Shown: positions 46,625 through 57,162 of the stretch, one piece after another
Position numbering within the stretch: position 1 is the stretch's first letter
Layout: the number at the start of each line of letters is the position of its first letter
NCBI GenBank assembly: GCA_964441155.1
Contig: CAYYKL010000001.1
Span: 24,393-88,392, forward strand
Reading direction: 5' to 3'
DNA length: 64,000 bases
Source: an uncultured Pseudomonadales bacterium
GTDB lineage: Bacteria; Patescibacteriota; Microgenomatia; UBA1400; RBG-16-45-19
Program-made: the position numbers and the translations under genes
The notes under the pieces: generated by a model
Databases searched by the model: none
Told to the model about the DNA's origin: nothing
Seen by the model: the letters and a program-made list of their open reading frames with translations, nothing else

Positions 46625-48751
46625 TTATTGCAGCTTAATTGACAGTGTTTTGTCAGTTGCGAGCGCGAATTCTTCGCGGAAATAATCATTGAGGCTTACG
46701 GTATATTCAGGTGCATTCTTGCCTGGCTGTTTTTGCACATACAGGATATATGTGCCTTGCGGTTTATAGGGAATGGAATAGGTCAAAATAATTTTGGCTT
46801 GCGACTCCGGATTAAGCTTGAAAAAACCTTCGATCACCGTCTTGTCTAAATCCTCACTCACTGCCACCGTGCCATCATCGAAACCCAATGCTTCGGTGAG
46901 CTGGCTGCCCTTAGGGAGGTAAATCCTGGTATAGCTTGGGAGCACGCCATTGAGACACAGTTGGCCAGCCTCAAGGTTGCAATTGTCTCCTTTGCGCGGG
47001 TTTTTGTAGGCAATGGTTACTTTTTTAGATACTGCTCCATCGGCACCAACGGTTATTTCTTGCTCCACCTCTTCGGTGACAAACATATTACTTTTTGCCC
47101 CACCAAAATTCGCATCATTCACATGGATAAAATCTCCCTCAAACGCTCTCATCCTCCCGGCAACATTAATCGTTTCGGCAGCAGCTTGAGCTTGAGGATC
47201 ATTAAAGTAAAAAAGCACATGCTTGCGGCTAATTGCATCTGAAGCAGTTTGAAACAGAGCTGGATAGACTTGCTTGGGCGCACCGAAGGCTTTTTGCAAG
47301 ATCGTTTGCATTAGGGGCCCAAGCACTCCTTTGCGGTCTGAGCGATGATACGGCGTGGGCCTGGTAATCATGTTTTCCAGTTGATATACCACTTGCGGGC
47401 AATCACAAGCAGCGACTGTTTCGTTGGTAAACGTCCCAAACCCAGGCACCTCAACCGGACCGAGGGTTTCAATGAGTTTGGTGAGCACGTTGGTATCAAC
47501 TGCAATGATGCCATCAATTGTTGGTTCACCCTTAATTGTGACGTAGTGCTTAACAAACTCATCCATCGAAACTTTGAAGTCTGGCGACAAATTCATGTCT
47601 CTCAAATTCCACACCGGGACTGCGGGCAAATACTTCTTGATTGCTGGAGGAGGCGTAATCGTACTTCGAAAGGCATTATCAAGCTCATAAATATCATCGG
47701 ACTTTACTGGCTCAATCTTACCCTTGTCTACTTTCAACACCGCATAAGCAGTCATAAAACCACCTGTCGGGCGCAATTCCCCGTCGTTTTGAAAGAGCAC
47801 TAAATACGTTTTGGGTTGGTCAACTCCAGCGACTTTAGGCAATTGTTCAATTGCTGGTCGAGCTTGGTCGAGCGCCACTTCAGCCTGAGCTATTTGAGTC
47901 CGAGCTATTTCTATTAGCTCGCTCACGGTCTGGGCTTCGACCGGCAATTTTCCTTTGACTGATTCAGGCAGAGCGAATGGGTAGCGTTTGGGATTTATCC
48001 CCGCCAATTCCTGATTAACGACATGCAATTTTTGCTCCACTGCATCAAGACTTGGCGTAACTTTGTCTAACGTTTCGACCACCTTAACAATGCGCTCTTC
48101 CGCCGTGCCACCCATAAAACTACCCTCACCAGTGAAGCCAATGACATCTGCATAGGGTTCAATTGCCTCCACCATGATTTGGGCTGCTTCAACCCCTGCA
48201 AGCGCGGCATTCAAAGCGCGCTTACCATCTTGATAATGCCATCGAGCGGGTGTCGCCGACCAAAAACCCAAAGAGGCATAGGACGACTGCAATTCCATAA
48301 TCTTTTCATGGGTATTATTCAGGTTTTGCTTGCCAGTTGCCAAGTCTTGACCTTTTAAGGAAGCATAGGTACTCATGGCTTCGAACTGGGCTTGCTTGGC
48401 GGTTTTTATCATTGCTGTAGCCTTAACTGCAGTAACCGCCACCATAACAAGCATTACGAGCAGGAAAACCACAAAAATTCCCAGAGCAATAAACAACATT
48501 TTTTTACGCTTACTTTTCCCCTTCCAGGAGAAAAGTTTGCCGCGAATCTTTTTGGGCTTTGTTATCGTGTCGCTCAATTGAGGAATTTCGTCGCCTGCTT
48601 CGAGACCCACTTTTTTAAAGTAAGAGCCTTCTTCAAGCTTTTCCTGTTTTTTGCCTTCAGGCAACTTGACCACTTCTTTCGGCTCGTTGCTCGGCAGAGT
48701 GTTAGTGGAATCGTTACTATCTGGCTTAGGCTGTAGATCATCTGGTTGCAT
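46625..48751 (-). CDS. DUF4012-like membrane-anchored extracytoplasmic protein
   Basis: 708 aa. A Lys-rich N-terminus, one TM segment, and a large periplasmic domain with the FQNDGELRPTGG motif characteristic of DUF4012 proteins found in polysaccharide loci. Confidence 0.6.
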   Translation of the reverse strand: MQPDDLQPKPDSNDSTNTLPSNEPKEVVKLPEGKKQEKLEEGSYFKKVGLEAGDEIPQLSDTITKPKKIRGKLFSWKGKSKRKKMLFIALGIFVVFLLVMLVMVAVTAVKATAMIKTAKQAQFEAMSTYASLKGQDLATGKQNLNNTHEKIMELQSSYASLGFWSATPARWHYQDGKRALNAALAGVEAAQIMVEAIEPYADVIGFTGEGSFMGGTAEERIVKVVETLDKVTPSLDAVEQKLHVVNQELAGINPKRYPFALPESVKGKLPVEAQTVSELIEIARTQIAQAEVALDQARPAIEQLPKVAGVDQPKTYLVLFQNDGELRPTGGFMTAYAVLKVDKGKIEPVKSDDIYELDNAFRSTITPPPAIKKYLPAVPVWNLRDMNLSPDFKVSMDEFVKHYVTIKGEPTIDGIIAVDTNVLTKLIETLGPVEVPGFGTFTNETVAACDCPQVVYQLENMITRPTPYHRSDRKGVLGPLMQTILQKAFGAPKQVYPALFQTASDAISRKHVLFYFNDPQAQAAAETINVAGRMRAFEGDFIHVNDANFGGAKSNMFVTEEVEQEITVGADGAVSKKVTIAYKNPRKGDNCNLEAGQLCLNGVLPSYTRIYLPKGSQLTEALGFDDGTVAVSEDLDKTVIEGFFKLNPESQAKIILTYSIPYKPQGTYILYVQKQPGKNAPEYTVSLNDYFREEFALATDKTLSIKLQ

Positions 48752-48873
48752 ATGTCCCCATGATATACAAAGTTTTTCTAAAATGCCAATTTTTTAAGTA
48801 AACTATTAGCAAGAAATAAAGACTTCCTGAAATTAAGATTGTGTTCGGGCAAATCAAGCGCATCAGAAATAAC

Positions 48874-49509
48874 TTACCATTTACTCAGCATCGCCACGGG
48901 TGTTTTAAACAGTATGAGAATGTCCTGGGAAATTGTGGCGCATTGTGCATAGTCGGCATCAAGCTCTGCCCGTTTCACAAACGGAATCTCATTGCGCCCC
49001 GATACTTGCCAAGGCCCAGTTATACCTGGTTTGACAGACAAAATTGTTGCAAGCAAAGGTTTAGTTTGCGGATAGCGCTTGGTTTGCTCATCAAGCTCAG
49101 TTTTCATATAGGCTCGGGGACCCACCATGCTCATTTCACCTCGAATTACGTTCAAAAGTTGCGGAAACTCATCGATAGTCAGCGAGCGCAAAATCTTGCC
49201 GACTTTGGTGATGCGAGGATCATGTTCCAGCTTCCAATCTTTGGCCTTAAATTCTTGCAGCAGTGGATTTGAGCCATTATGCAGAAGATCATGAGCGCCA
49301 TCGACCATGGAGCGAAATTTATACATAAAAAAAGGTTTGCCATTTACCCCGATTCGTTTGTGGCGGTAGATTACTGGCCCCTTTGAATCAAGCTTAATGA
49401 GGATTGGCACCACCACCCAAAATGGCAAAAACACAACCAATAAACAAAATGCCACCGCTAAATCTAAGACTCTTTTGGCGGCATTATAATATGAACTTTG
49501 AGTGCTCAT
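48874..49509 (-). CDS. small (PglC/WbaP C-domain-like) initiating phosphoglycosyltransferase
   Basis: 211 aa with a re-entrant N-terminal helix; bacterial sugar transferase motifs DEFPQL and MSMVGPRA. Confidence 0.85.
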   Translation of the reverse strand: MSTQSSYYNAAKRVLDLAVAFCLLVVFLPFWVVVPILIKLDSKGPVIYRHKRIGVNGKPFFMYKFRSMVDGAHDLLHNGSNPLLQEFKAKDWKLEHDPRITKVGKILRSLTIDEFPQLLNVIRGEMSMVGPRAYMKTELDEQTKRYPQTKPLLATILSVKPGITGPWQVSGRNEIPFVKRAELDADYAQCATISQDILILFKTPVAMLSKW

Positions 49510-49516
49510 TGTTTCT

Positions 49517-50620
49517 TTATGTGTAATTTTCCAGCGGTGTATCTTTAAATGTGGCTAACATCTTTTTAATTTCCGGAATCGATTGCTGCCTGGTCACCAA
49601 AATGGCGTCATCAGTCACCACGACCACTAGTCCTTCCACGTCGATCGCAGTCACCAATTGATCAGTTGTTGAGTAGACAAGATTGTTGGTGGCTAAGTGC
49701 GTATGAACATTGCCTTTGACCACATTTTCAGCTGGATGGGTTTGCAATGCTTCTTTAAGTGCTTCCCAAGCCCCAATATCACTCCAGCCAAGGTCAACTG
49801 GTAAAACGACTGCCTCATTTGAAGGCACATGCGCAATAACAGCATCATCAAAGGAAATTTTTTCCATGCGCGAATACAGTTCTTTTAATTTTTGCTCGTG
49901 CTCTGGTTTTCCATAGGTCGATTGAAGTTCCATAAGTGTTGCATGCATTTCTGGCGCGTGTTGCTCAAATTTACTCAAACAAAATCGTGGAGTCACAATA
50001 AAATATCCTGGATTCCAGGCATGTTTGCCATCACGAAGATATTTTTTCGCCGTTGCCAAATCGGGGCGGTAATGCCACGAAGTGAAACTTTTTACCTGCG
50101 TGCCATTGAGGTTATCGATAGTGTCACCAAACTCAATCCACCCTAAATTTTGATTAGCGAATCGTGGGCGTTGCCCCAAAAATACAAAGTTGTTGGGGTG
50201 TTTGTGTAAATATTCAGTACCAGCAATAAGTGCTTGTTTAAATTTATCCTCGTTGTCGACTAAATGATCGCTCCACAAAATTGCCACTGGCACATCGGGG
50301 TCTTCTAGTGCCAAAATCGACATAAGATAACCAACTGCCGGGCCAACATCGCGCATCTCAGGTTCACCAATAACATTCTGGGGTGGAATTTCGGGGGCTT
50401 GGTGGAGAATTATGTCTCGATAACGCTCACCAGTTGACACATAGATATTTTCCCATTCAAATTCAGGTCGGATTCGATCAACCGCCATTTGCAGTGTTGA
50501 TTTGTCTCCCACTATTGCTTCAAATTGTTTTGGGGTGGACGAGCGGGATAATGGCCACATCCGCGTGCCAATGCCTCCAGCGAAAATGATTGCTTTCATT
50601 GGTTTATATGCGTCTGCCAT
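49517..50620 (-). CDS. manC: mannose-1-phosphate guanylyltransferase-like nucleotidyltransferase
   Basis: N-terminal AIIFAGGIGTRMWPLSR...PKQF. The likely start is MKAIIF at ~50599. Confidence 0.75.
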   Translation of the reverse strand: MADAYKPMKAIIFAGGIGTRMWPLSRSSTPKQFEAIVGDKSTLQMAVDRIRPEFEWENIYVSTGERYRDIILHQAPEIPPQNVIGEPEMRDVGPAVGYLMSILALEDPDVPVAILWSDHLVDNEDKFKQALIAGTEYLHKHPNNFVFLGQRPRFANQNLGWIEFGDTIDNLNGTQVKSFTSWHYRPDLATAKKYLRDGKHAWNPGYFIVTPRFCLSKFEQHAPEMHATLMELQSTYGKPEHEQKLKELYSRMEKISFDDAVIAHVPSNEAVVLPVDLGWSDIGAWEALKEALQTHPAENVVKGNVHTHLATNNLVYSTTDQLVTAIDVEGLVVVVTDDAILVTRQQSIPEIKKMLATFKDTPLENYT

Positions 50621-51702
50621 GCTTCCTCCACAGTTCGCGAGAATACTTGCTTAAATCGGGCGGTATCAAAGCGCCTCGCGTGGGCACTAATTTTTTTACT
50701 ATACCATGTCTTTGCCTCAAACTCTTTTATCGTGTGCTGCATCGCCTCGCTTGATTGCTCACTAAAAAATACACCCGTCTCACCCTCGATTACCGTTTCG
50801 CACGCGGCTCCTTTTTGAAAAGCGATCACTGGCGTTCCGGCTGCTTGAGCTTCAAGTGCAGTAATTCCAAAATCTTCTTCTTGAGGAAAAATCAATGCTT
50901 GAGCTTGCTGATAATACGTTGGCAGTGCTTTATCGGACACAAAACCTAATACATGAACATTTGGTGTCGATATGGATGTGAGTCTGGCTAACTCGCTGCC
51001 CGTGCCAATAATCAATAGCTCTCTATCCGGCATCAAGGCAAATGCTTCGACAACTAAATCTACCCGCTTATAAGGCACCATTCGAGAGACCACTAAGTAA
51101 AATGGTTTTGGATGCACTAAAAGATCTCGAGTTGAGTTTGGCAAAAATCGCTGAGTTTCGACTGGTGGATATAAAACGTTAGACTCGCGGCGATAATATT
51201 TCTTCGCTCGTTGAGCCACTGTTTCGGAAATTGTAATTATTTTATCCGCCCTCTGTGCAGCCAGAAAATCCCACTGACGCAATAGTGATAACAATGGTGC
51301 AAGCAATGCTTTTCGCCAACCAGCACCCGAATATTCATGAGCATGGCTCCACAAATAGCGCGTGGGCGTGAGCAGATAATTGATGTGCAGTTGATTGGGT
51401 TTAGTCATTATTCCCTTGGCTTCGGCACTGGTCACTGAAATCACCACATCAAACTCGTCAAAATTAAATGACTCAAAAGCATAAGGCATAAGCCAAAAAA
51501 ATAATTCGTGATGATTTTTTGCAAACGGTATTTTGTTTATAAAACTGGGCCGCACATCCCATTCCTTTGCCCACGTCGCTCCACTTGGATCATAAACGGC
51601 AGTGAACAAGGGTGCGTTAGGGTAAAGTTCATGCAAAGCCTGCAGCACTCGCTCTGCTCCACCGAATTTATTGACGCGATCATATACCAGAGCAATCTTC
51701 AT
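50596..51702 (-). CDS. glycosyltransferase family 4 (GT-B)
   Basis: Begins MKIALVYDRVNKFGGAERV; a C-terminal E-x7-E-like donor-binding region. Confidence 0.8.
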   Translation of the reverse strand: MKIALVYDRVNKFGGAERVLQALHELYPNAPLFTAVYDPSGATWAKEWDVRPSFINKIPFAKNHHELFFWLMPYAFESFNFDEFDVVISVTSAEAKGIMTKPNQLHINYLLTPTRYLWSHAHEYSGAGWRKALLAPLLSLLRQWDFLAAQRADKIITISETVAQRAKKYYRRESNVLYPPVETQRFLPNSTRDLLVHPKPFYLVVSRMVPYKRVDLVVEAFALMPDRELLIIGTGSELARLTSISTPNVHVLGFVSDKALPTYYQQAQALIFPQEEDFGITALEAQAAGTPVIAFQKGAACETVIEGETGVFFSEQSSEAMQHTIKEFEAKTWYSKKISAHARRFDTARFKQVFSRTVEEAWQTHINQ

Positions 51703-52850
51703 ACCAGGGTATTATAGACTGCTTCAGTCTTGAGCGCGGTTTTTTCCCACACAAAGTCTCGAGCATGTGCTTTTGCCTTTGTTTTTAGCTCATCCCACAA
51801 AGGATTAGATTTCGATGCTTCTAGCATGGAAAAGGCCAACAGGTGAGGATTTAAGGGGTCTTCTAAAAACACAGCACACTTACCATAAATTTCTGGCAGA
51901 GAACCTTTGCTTGAAGCAACCACCAAACACCCATGCTTCATGGCCTCAAGGCCAGTTAATCCAAAACCCTCTGACAGCGATGGATGAACCAGAGCAATTG
52001 CCCGGCGATAAAGAGACTGCAAAACATCATCTGATAATTTGCCCGCAAAAATTACTTGACCTTCTAATCCAAGTTCAATAACTTGAGCTTCTAACTTGTT
52101 CACAAATACATTTCTGGAGCTGACGATAACCAACTTGTGGGTATTTCCACTGTCTTTTAGTTCCTTCATCGCCTGAATCAACGTAGACACATTTTTATGC
52201 GGATAACACGAGCCGACATAAAGATAGAATTTGGAAGTAGGAATTTGAAATGTAGCTTTGCTGTTTGTGTTGGTCTCGCTTGCTTCTTGCTCCTTACTCC
52301 CTACTCCCAAGTGGTCTGCGCCTTCATAAATCACCTGAATTTTATTCTGATTTAATTGACTATACTCTTGCAATAATTGCGTCTTCACCCAATTGCTGGG
52401 AACAATAATTTTTTTTGACGCACCTATCGCGTGAGCCACTACTCGTTTGTATCCTTGATATTTAAGTGCGTATTTCCAACCAGAAAGTGTCGTCACCTCA
52501 CCGCCGCGAACTTGATGCCACAAAATGTCATGAATCGTGACCACAAATGGTTTGCTATAAAGCAGTGGCACGTTGAAATGAGGAAAATGCATCAAGTCGA
52601 CTGGGTGTTTGCGCAAAAGCAATGGAAGTTGCACTTGTTCAAGCAGCGAATAGTGTGTGATGTTAGTCTGAATCAGCGTGAATTTGTGGTGGAGGCTCGA
52701 TGGAATATCGAGCTTGATTTGGTTCGGACCAAAAAGCACATAGTGATTGTCGCTCTCGGCTTGCAAAAGATTAACAACCAAATTCAACACATACCGGCCA
52801 ATCCCTGCGTGTGTGAGGCCCCATAATCTCGCATCAATGCCAATGGTCAT
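51699..52850 (-). CDS. glycosyltransferase family 4 (GT-B)
   Basis: Begins MTIGIDARLWGLTHAGIGRY, with a C-terminal GT4 domain. Confidence 0.8.
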   Translation of the reverse strand: MTIGIDARLWGLTHAGIGRYVLNLVVNLLQAESDNHYVLFGPNQIKLDIPSSLHHKFTLIQTNITHYSLLEQVQLPLLLRKHPVDLMHFPHFNVPLLYSKPFVVTIHDILWHQVRGGEVTTLSGWKYALKYQGYKRVVAHAIGASKKIIVPSNWVKTQLLQEYSQLNQNKIQVIYEGADHLGVGSKEQEASETNTNSKATFQIPTSKFYLYVGSCYPHKNVSTLIQAMKELKDSGNTHKLVIVSSRNVFVNKLEAQVIELGLEGQVIFAGKLSDDVLQSLYRRAIALVHPSLSEGFGLTGLEAMKHGCLVVASSKGSLPEIYGKCAVFLEDPLNPHLLAFSMLEASKSNPLWDELKTKAKAHARDFVWEKTALKTEAVYNTLV

Positions 52851-52919
52851 ATATTTGTGTCATCTCGAGCGAAGTCGAGGAATCTCTTCGATTGCAGTAC
52901 TAAAACTGAAGTTAGCACA

Positions 52920-53771
52920 TCATTTCAATAATTTTTTAATTCCAATACCTAGCTGAACAAGCTTTTTTACTAATTTTGGATATTTGTCAGCATAATGCTT
53001 ATCATAAAACTGCAACATAGTGTCAAAGAAATATTTTTTTGCAGTTTTCTCTTTTGCTTTGTCCATCGTGTTCCTTTTCCCCGACTGGCTTTTCAAGTGA
53101 ATCACCACTGATTCAGGAAAATAGACAATTTTCCAACCAGCTTGTCTAATGCGCAAACACCAATCCAGATCCTCAGCATAGAAAAAGAAGCGCTCATCTA
53201 ATAACCCCACTGCATCAATGACTTCACGTCGGACTATCATGGCTACTCCCGACACTGCTTCGACTTCATGAGCTACATTAAAATCTTCATGAGTTAAGTG
53301 ATATCCGCCAAAAAGTCTTGAGCCGGGAAACAATTGCTCGAGCTTGGCGAAGTAGGTGAAGGCTCGCCAAAGTGTCGGCATACCCCGGTGACACGCCAGG
53401 TCAATTGCTCCGTCTGGCAAAACCACCTTTGGAGTAATCACGCCAATGTTTTTATCTTGTTCGATTTGTTGAAGCAATCGCTCGAGAGCGTTTTTTTGGA
53501 CAATCGTGTCCGAGTTGAGCAAAAGCACATATTCTCCCGTTGCAATTTTGATGGCCTGATTGTTGCCCGCGGCAAAACCGACGTTTTTCGCATTGACTGT
53601 TAATTTTACCTGAGGAAAATCACGCTTGACCATGCCTACCGAGTCATCGCTTGAGGCATTGTCGACGACCAAAATTTCCCAATTGGAATGTTGAGGAACT
53701 GATGCAAGCGTTTGCTTGAGCAGATCGCGCGTATTGTAGCTCAAAATGATAATTGAAAGTTTTGTTTTCAT
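52920..53771 (-). CDS. glycosyltransferase family 2 (GT-A)
   Basis: LSIIILSYNTRDLL ... VVDNASSD ... LLNSDT (DxD) motifs. Confidence 0.8.
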   Translation of the reverse strand: MKTKLSIIILSYNTRDLLKQTLASVPQHSNWEILVVDNASSDDSVGMVKRDFPQVKLTVNAKNVGFAAGNNQAIKIATGEYVLLLNSDTIVQKNALERLLQQIEQDKNIGVITPKVVLPDGAIDLACHRGMPTLWRAFTYFAKLEQLFPGSRLFGGYHLTHEDFNVAHEVEAVSGVAMIVRREVIDAVGLLDERFFFYAEDLDWCLRIRQAGWKIVYFPESVVIHLKSQSGKRNTMDKAKEKTAKKYFFDTMLQFYDKHYADKYPKLVKKLVQLGIGIKKLLK

Positions 53772-53817
53772 TTTTGTTCACTATTGCCTAATCACTAACC
53801 GCTAGCCACTAGTTTCC

Positions 53818-55026
53818 CTATTCACTTTCTTTCGTGCTCCCTAATTCTTGATAGACGCGATTCAAGTCAGCTGAGATTGCCTTCCAATCGTAGTTGGAGG
53901 TGACCAAGCGCTTGCTATTGTCTGCCAGCTTTTTTTGCAATGCCGCATCCTGCAGCACTCTCACTGTGTGCTTGGCTAATTCCATCGGTCCTTTGGCCAG
54001 AAGTGCATGCTTGCCATCAACCACACCGGCAATACCCTCAACCGCTAATGGAGTCGCTACAATCGGCGTGCGTGTGGCCATAGCTTCCAGAATCTTATAG
54101 CGCGTGCCTTTGCCCGATTTAACGGGTGCCAAAAGGACATGGGCTGTGGCATACGCCGAGCGAATATCATCAAGATTCCCGCTCACGGTGATGCTTGGAT
54201 CTTTGCCATATGACAAAATCTTTTCGGTGGGGCTGTAGCCCACAATATGCAATTTGGCTGTCGGCATGTTAGCCAGCACCATCGGCCAAATCTGCTCAAC
54301 CAAATACGTCACTGCCTCAATGTTCGGCAACCACTTAAACGTTCCTACAATCAAAACAGTTGGGCTTTGGGGCAATTTTTTCGTCACGGCATCAAAAAAT
54401 TCGGAGTCCACTCCGTTGGCAACCACATCGATTTGACTCAAATGCTGATGACGCGAACGGATATAGTCTCGGTCATTGTCGCTCATCGTGATCAAGCGGT
54501 CGCAATGCTGCCAATAGAATTGTTCCCAATATTTAATCTTGGCGATATCCATATAAAGCAGTGGTTTTATTGGCCACAACTTGGAAGCTTTGGCGTAGCT
54601 TTGATAGCCCAGATATTCAATCGTTTGCTCAACTAAAATAATGGGCACTTTGGTTTTCGGGATATTCGGCATCATATAAAACGTTTCAGCGTGTATGAGA
54701 TCGTAGTGATTCTTGGACAGTTCTTCTTTAACTGCCTCGAGTGTTTCGGTCACCAAATTCCGCGTCACCACAAAGGGGTAGCTCGTGAAACCGGCCTTGA
54801 CGATATTGCGAACGGTGAACGGGTGCTGAGAGCGCTTGAATACTTCAACTTTGGTGCAAAATTTTTTAAGATGTGGCACATTCTTTTTCTCGGCATCATC
54901 CTTGATCAAAGAAAACAAGGTGATGTCATAATCATCTTTGAGGTTTTTTAAAAGATTGTAGGTGCGAATTTGCCCACCAGAAAGCAAAGGGTAAGGGAGA
55001 TAGGGCGTGAGCATGAGGATTTTCAT
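53818..55026 (-). CDS. glycosyltransferase family 4 (GT-B)
   Basis: Begins MKILMLTPYLPYPLLSGGQIR, with a C-terminal GT4 domain. Confidence 0.8.
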   Translation of the reverse strand: MKILMLTPYLPYPLLSGGQIRTYNLLKNLKDDYDITLFSLIKDDAEKKNVPHLKKFCTKVEVFKRSQHPFTVRNIVKAGFTSYPFVVTRNLVTETLEAVKEELSKNHYDLIHAETFYMMPNIPKTKVPIILVEQTIEYLGYQSYAKASKLWPIKPLLYMDIAKIKYWEQFYWQHCDRLITMSDNDRDYIRSRHQHLSQIDVVANGVDSEFFDAVTKKLPQSPTVLIVGTFKWLPNIEAVTYLVEQIWPMVLANMPTAKLHIVGYSPTEKILSYGKDPSITVSGNLDDIRSAYATAHVLLAPVKSGKGTRYKILEAMATRTPIVATPLAVEGIAGVVDGKHALLAKGPMELAKHTVRVLQDAALQKKLADNSKRLVTSNYDWKAISADLNRVYQELGSTKESE

Positions 55027-55251
55027 AGGGTTGACTGAACCATTATACTGGCAACTAAACCAACTTACATGTCACTTGAATTAATTGTCAGCGTACCGCC
55101 ATACCTTTGTGCAAATGCTTACGAGCTATTTAACCATGGTCAGGCATTTCCATTGGGCAAGTTTATCGCAATTGGAGCCCAATTACTTGAATCAGATTTC
55201 CAAGCATATTCAACTTAATCAACCGTCTTACAAGCTTTAACTCATTTTGAT

Positions 55252-55539
55252 TTGATACAGGGAGCAGGAAGATCAGTAGTCCGAGTTGTCATGACTACTG
55301 ATCAATTACCCCCATTAAATCAAGCACGCGAAATTGCAATGAGAGAATTCGGCGTTAATAGCCTTCATAGCGCAGCCACACTATCACTTACTGAATTGCT
55401 TATTCATGCACAAAACAGAACCGATGATCAGGGTGAAAATCCAGATGTACCGCCGGAGTTTTTTGCTGACTATCTACCGCTTAACAATGGATCATTTATC
55501 TTAATAGAACCACACAAGCCACCTCGGCTTGAGCATTAG
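55252..55539 (+). CDS. small hypothetical ORF in a 0.5-kb gap of the glycan locus
   Basis: 95-aa plus-strand ORF with no motif and no clear RBS. It may be spurious, and the gap may instead hold divergent promoters. Confidence 0.25.
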   Translation: MIQGAGRSVVRVVMTTDQLPPLNQAREIAMREFGVNSLHSAATLSLTELLIHAQNRTDDQGENPDVPPEFFADYLPLNNGSFILIEPHKPPRLEH

Positions 55540-57162
55540 CTAGCGCAATCGTAAAATAAGAAAGTGGTCATGCATCACTGCTGTTTCGTATTTCAACATT
55601 AAAGCTTTAGCTTCATTGTCTAAGCTTGTGGTCACGTAGTAATCCGCACCTGAGGCAATTTTTTGCTCAATTGCTCCACCAATCGGCCAGCCTCGGCGAT
55701 TGGTTTGATAAAGAAAGGCTGTATCGCCGCCATAAGGAGCGATCACCAGCGCATCTGGTTCTGTGAGAGCGTCCACAGCTTTGCCTGCTTCCACCATTTC
55801 AGGGTTATTAACATTAAAAAAACCTTTAACCTCATACCAACTGAATGTGAGCATAAAAATTACGGAAATCAGTGCTAAACCTGCTGATTGCACTGTTTTT
55901 ATTGACAAAAGCTTGATAATTCCTACCGCCACAATCAGTGCAATAGAGGGCACGATAATAACTTGATAATAATCGTGCTGGACATTACCGGTAGCAAAAA
56001 TAGTTAGATACGCCAACACTCCACCGAGGCTGCCATACATAAACAAATCCAGATCAGAATAATTTGATAATCCAATGAATAAATCTGCTGGTTTAAATCG
56101 TTTCATGAAACTTTGAATTTTTTCGATAAATCCAAACTTGGCTCCAATTTGTTTCTCTGTTTGAGCTCCAAGCAAGCCGACGCCAAATGGTATTAAGCCC
56201 CAGTAGCCAAGTAGCAACCTGCCCATGCGATCGGCAAACAACCACCGAAACCACGCGGGTCGCAAACGAATCCCATTGCCATTAAATAACCAGCGATTGG
56301 CCGGAATGCCCTCGGGGAACTGCTGAATCCACGAGCGCCATAATGCCAAAGGCGAAAACATCGCTACTGCGGCTAGCAAATGTTTTGGCTGCATTATCCA
56401 GCGAATGCCATGATGCTTGAGTGCTAGCAATAGTATTGGTAGCCAAAAAAATAATGCGATGGGTTTGAGAAGTAGCGCGATAAAAGCGGCACCAATGCCG
56501 GCAAGCAACCAGCCCATACTTTTGGAGTAAACATATCTGAGAAACAAAAAGGTTGCTAGCAAGGTGAAGAATGCCAAGGGTACTTCAGGCAAAATTGCTT
56601 GCGAATAAAAAACACTAAACGGCATGAATGCCAATGTGGAAGCGGCCACTAACGGCACATAGGCAAAGATCCCCTCAAGTTTGCTTTTTGTTACCAGCAA
56701 TTTGGTGAGTAAAAAGAGTAATAAGATAGAGCCCAATGAAAATTTTACTGAAGCTAGGCGCATAAATAGGGTGAGGTCGATATGGGTGAAAGGAGATGTT
56801 AGGCGATATGCGAACGCTGTCAGGGCGTTAATAATTGGAAACTCAACCATACGCCAGCCTTGAGGATTATCCAAACCATTGGGAATCGAGGACAAATCGT
56901 GGAATTGAGGACGAAGTAAGTCGACATCGTGCTTTACATACTCTCGTGTCACCGAAGCCGTATCAGCTTGTCTCCAAGAGTGCCAATCAGCAATAGGGCG
57001 ATCGATTCGATACAGACGGACACTGAAAGCTAAAAGCATCATGAAGGCCAGGAATGAGAGCTCTATGAATGTTCTGGATGGGTGTAGTTTTTTCACTTGA
57101 GACTCTTTTTTGATTGTAAAGCGAGGACACTTACCGCAACCGCGATTCCAGCCATTGCCCAA
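55540..57162 (-). CDS. GT-C membrane glycosyltransferase (GT39/GT83, ArnT/PMT-like)
   Basis: Polytopic, with an N-terminal loop motif ADWHSWRQADTASVTREY typical of the ArnT/PMT family. The start is uncertain because the ORF overlaps the upstream gene by 70 nt. Confidence 0.6.
   Translation of the reverse strand: MGNGWNRGCGKCPRFTIKKESQVKKLHPSRTFIELSFLAFMMLLAFSVRLYRIDRPIADWHSWRQADTASVTREYVKHDVDLLRPQFHDLSSIPNGLDNPQGWRMVEFPIINALTAFAYRLTSPFTHIDLTLFMRLASVKFSLGSILLLFLLTKLLVTKSKLEGIFAYVPLVAASTLAFMPFSVFYSQAILPEVPLAFFTLLATFLFLRYVYSKSMGWLLAGIGAAFIALLLKPIALFFWLPILLLALKHHGIRWIMQPKHLLAAVAMFSPLALWRSWIQQFPEGIPANRWLFNGNGIRLRPAWFRWLFADRMGRLLLGYWGLIPFGVGLLGAQTEKQIGAKFGFIEKIQSFMKRFKPADLFIGLSNYSDLDLFMYGSLGGVLAYLTIFATGNVQHDYYQVIIVPSIALIVAVGIIKLLSIKTVQSAGLALISVIFMLTFSWYEVKGFFNVNNPEMVEAGKAVDALTEPDALVIAPYGGDTAFLYQTNRRGWPIGGAIEQKIASGADYYVTTSLDNEAKALMLKYETAVMHDHFLILRLR

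Noticed and set aside
57093-57162. 70-nt overlap between the GT-C gene start and the upstream O-antigen-ligase-like gene
   Set aside because: This is most likely an over-extended ORF start. A GTG at ~57096 or an internal Met is a more plausible initiation site than a genuine long overlap.
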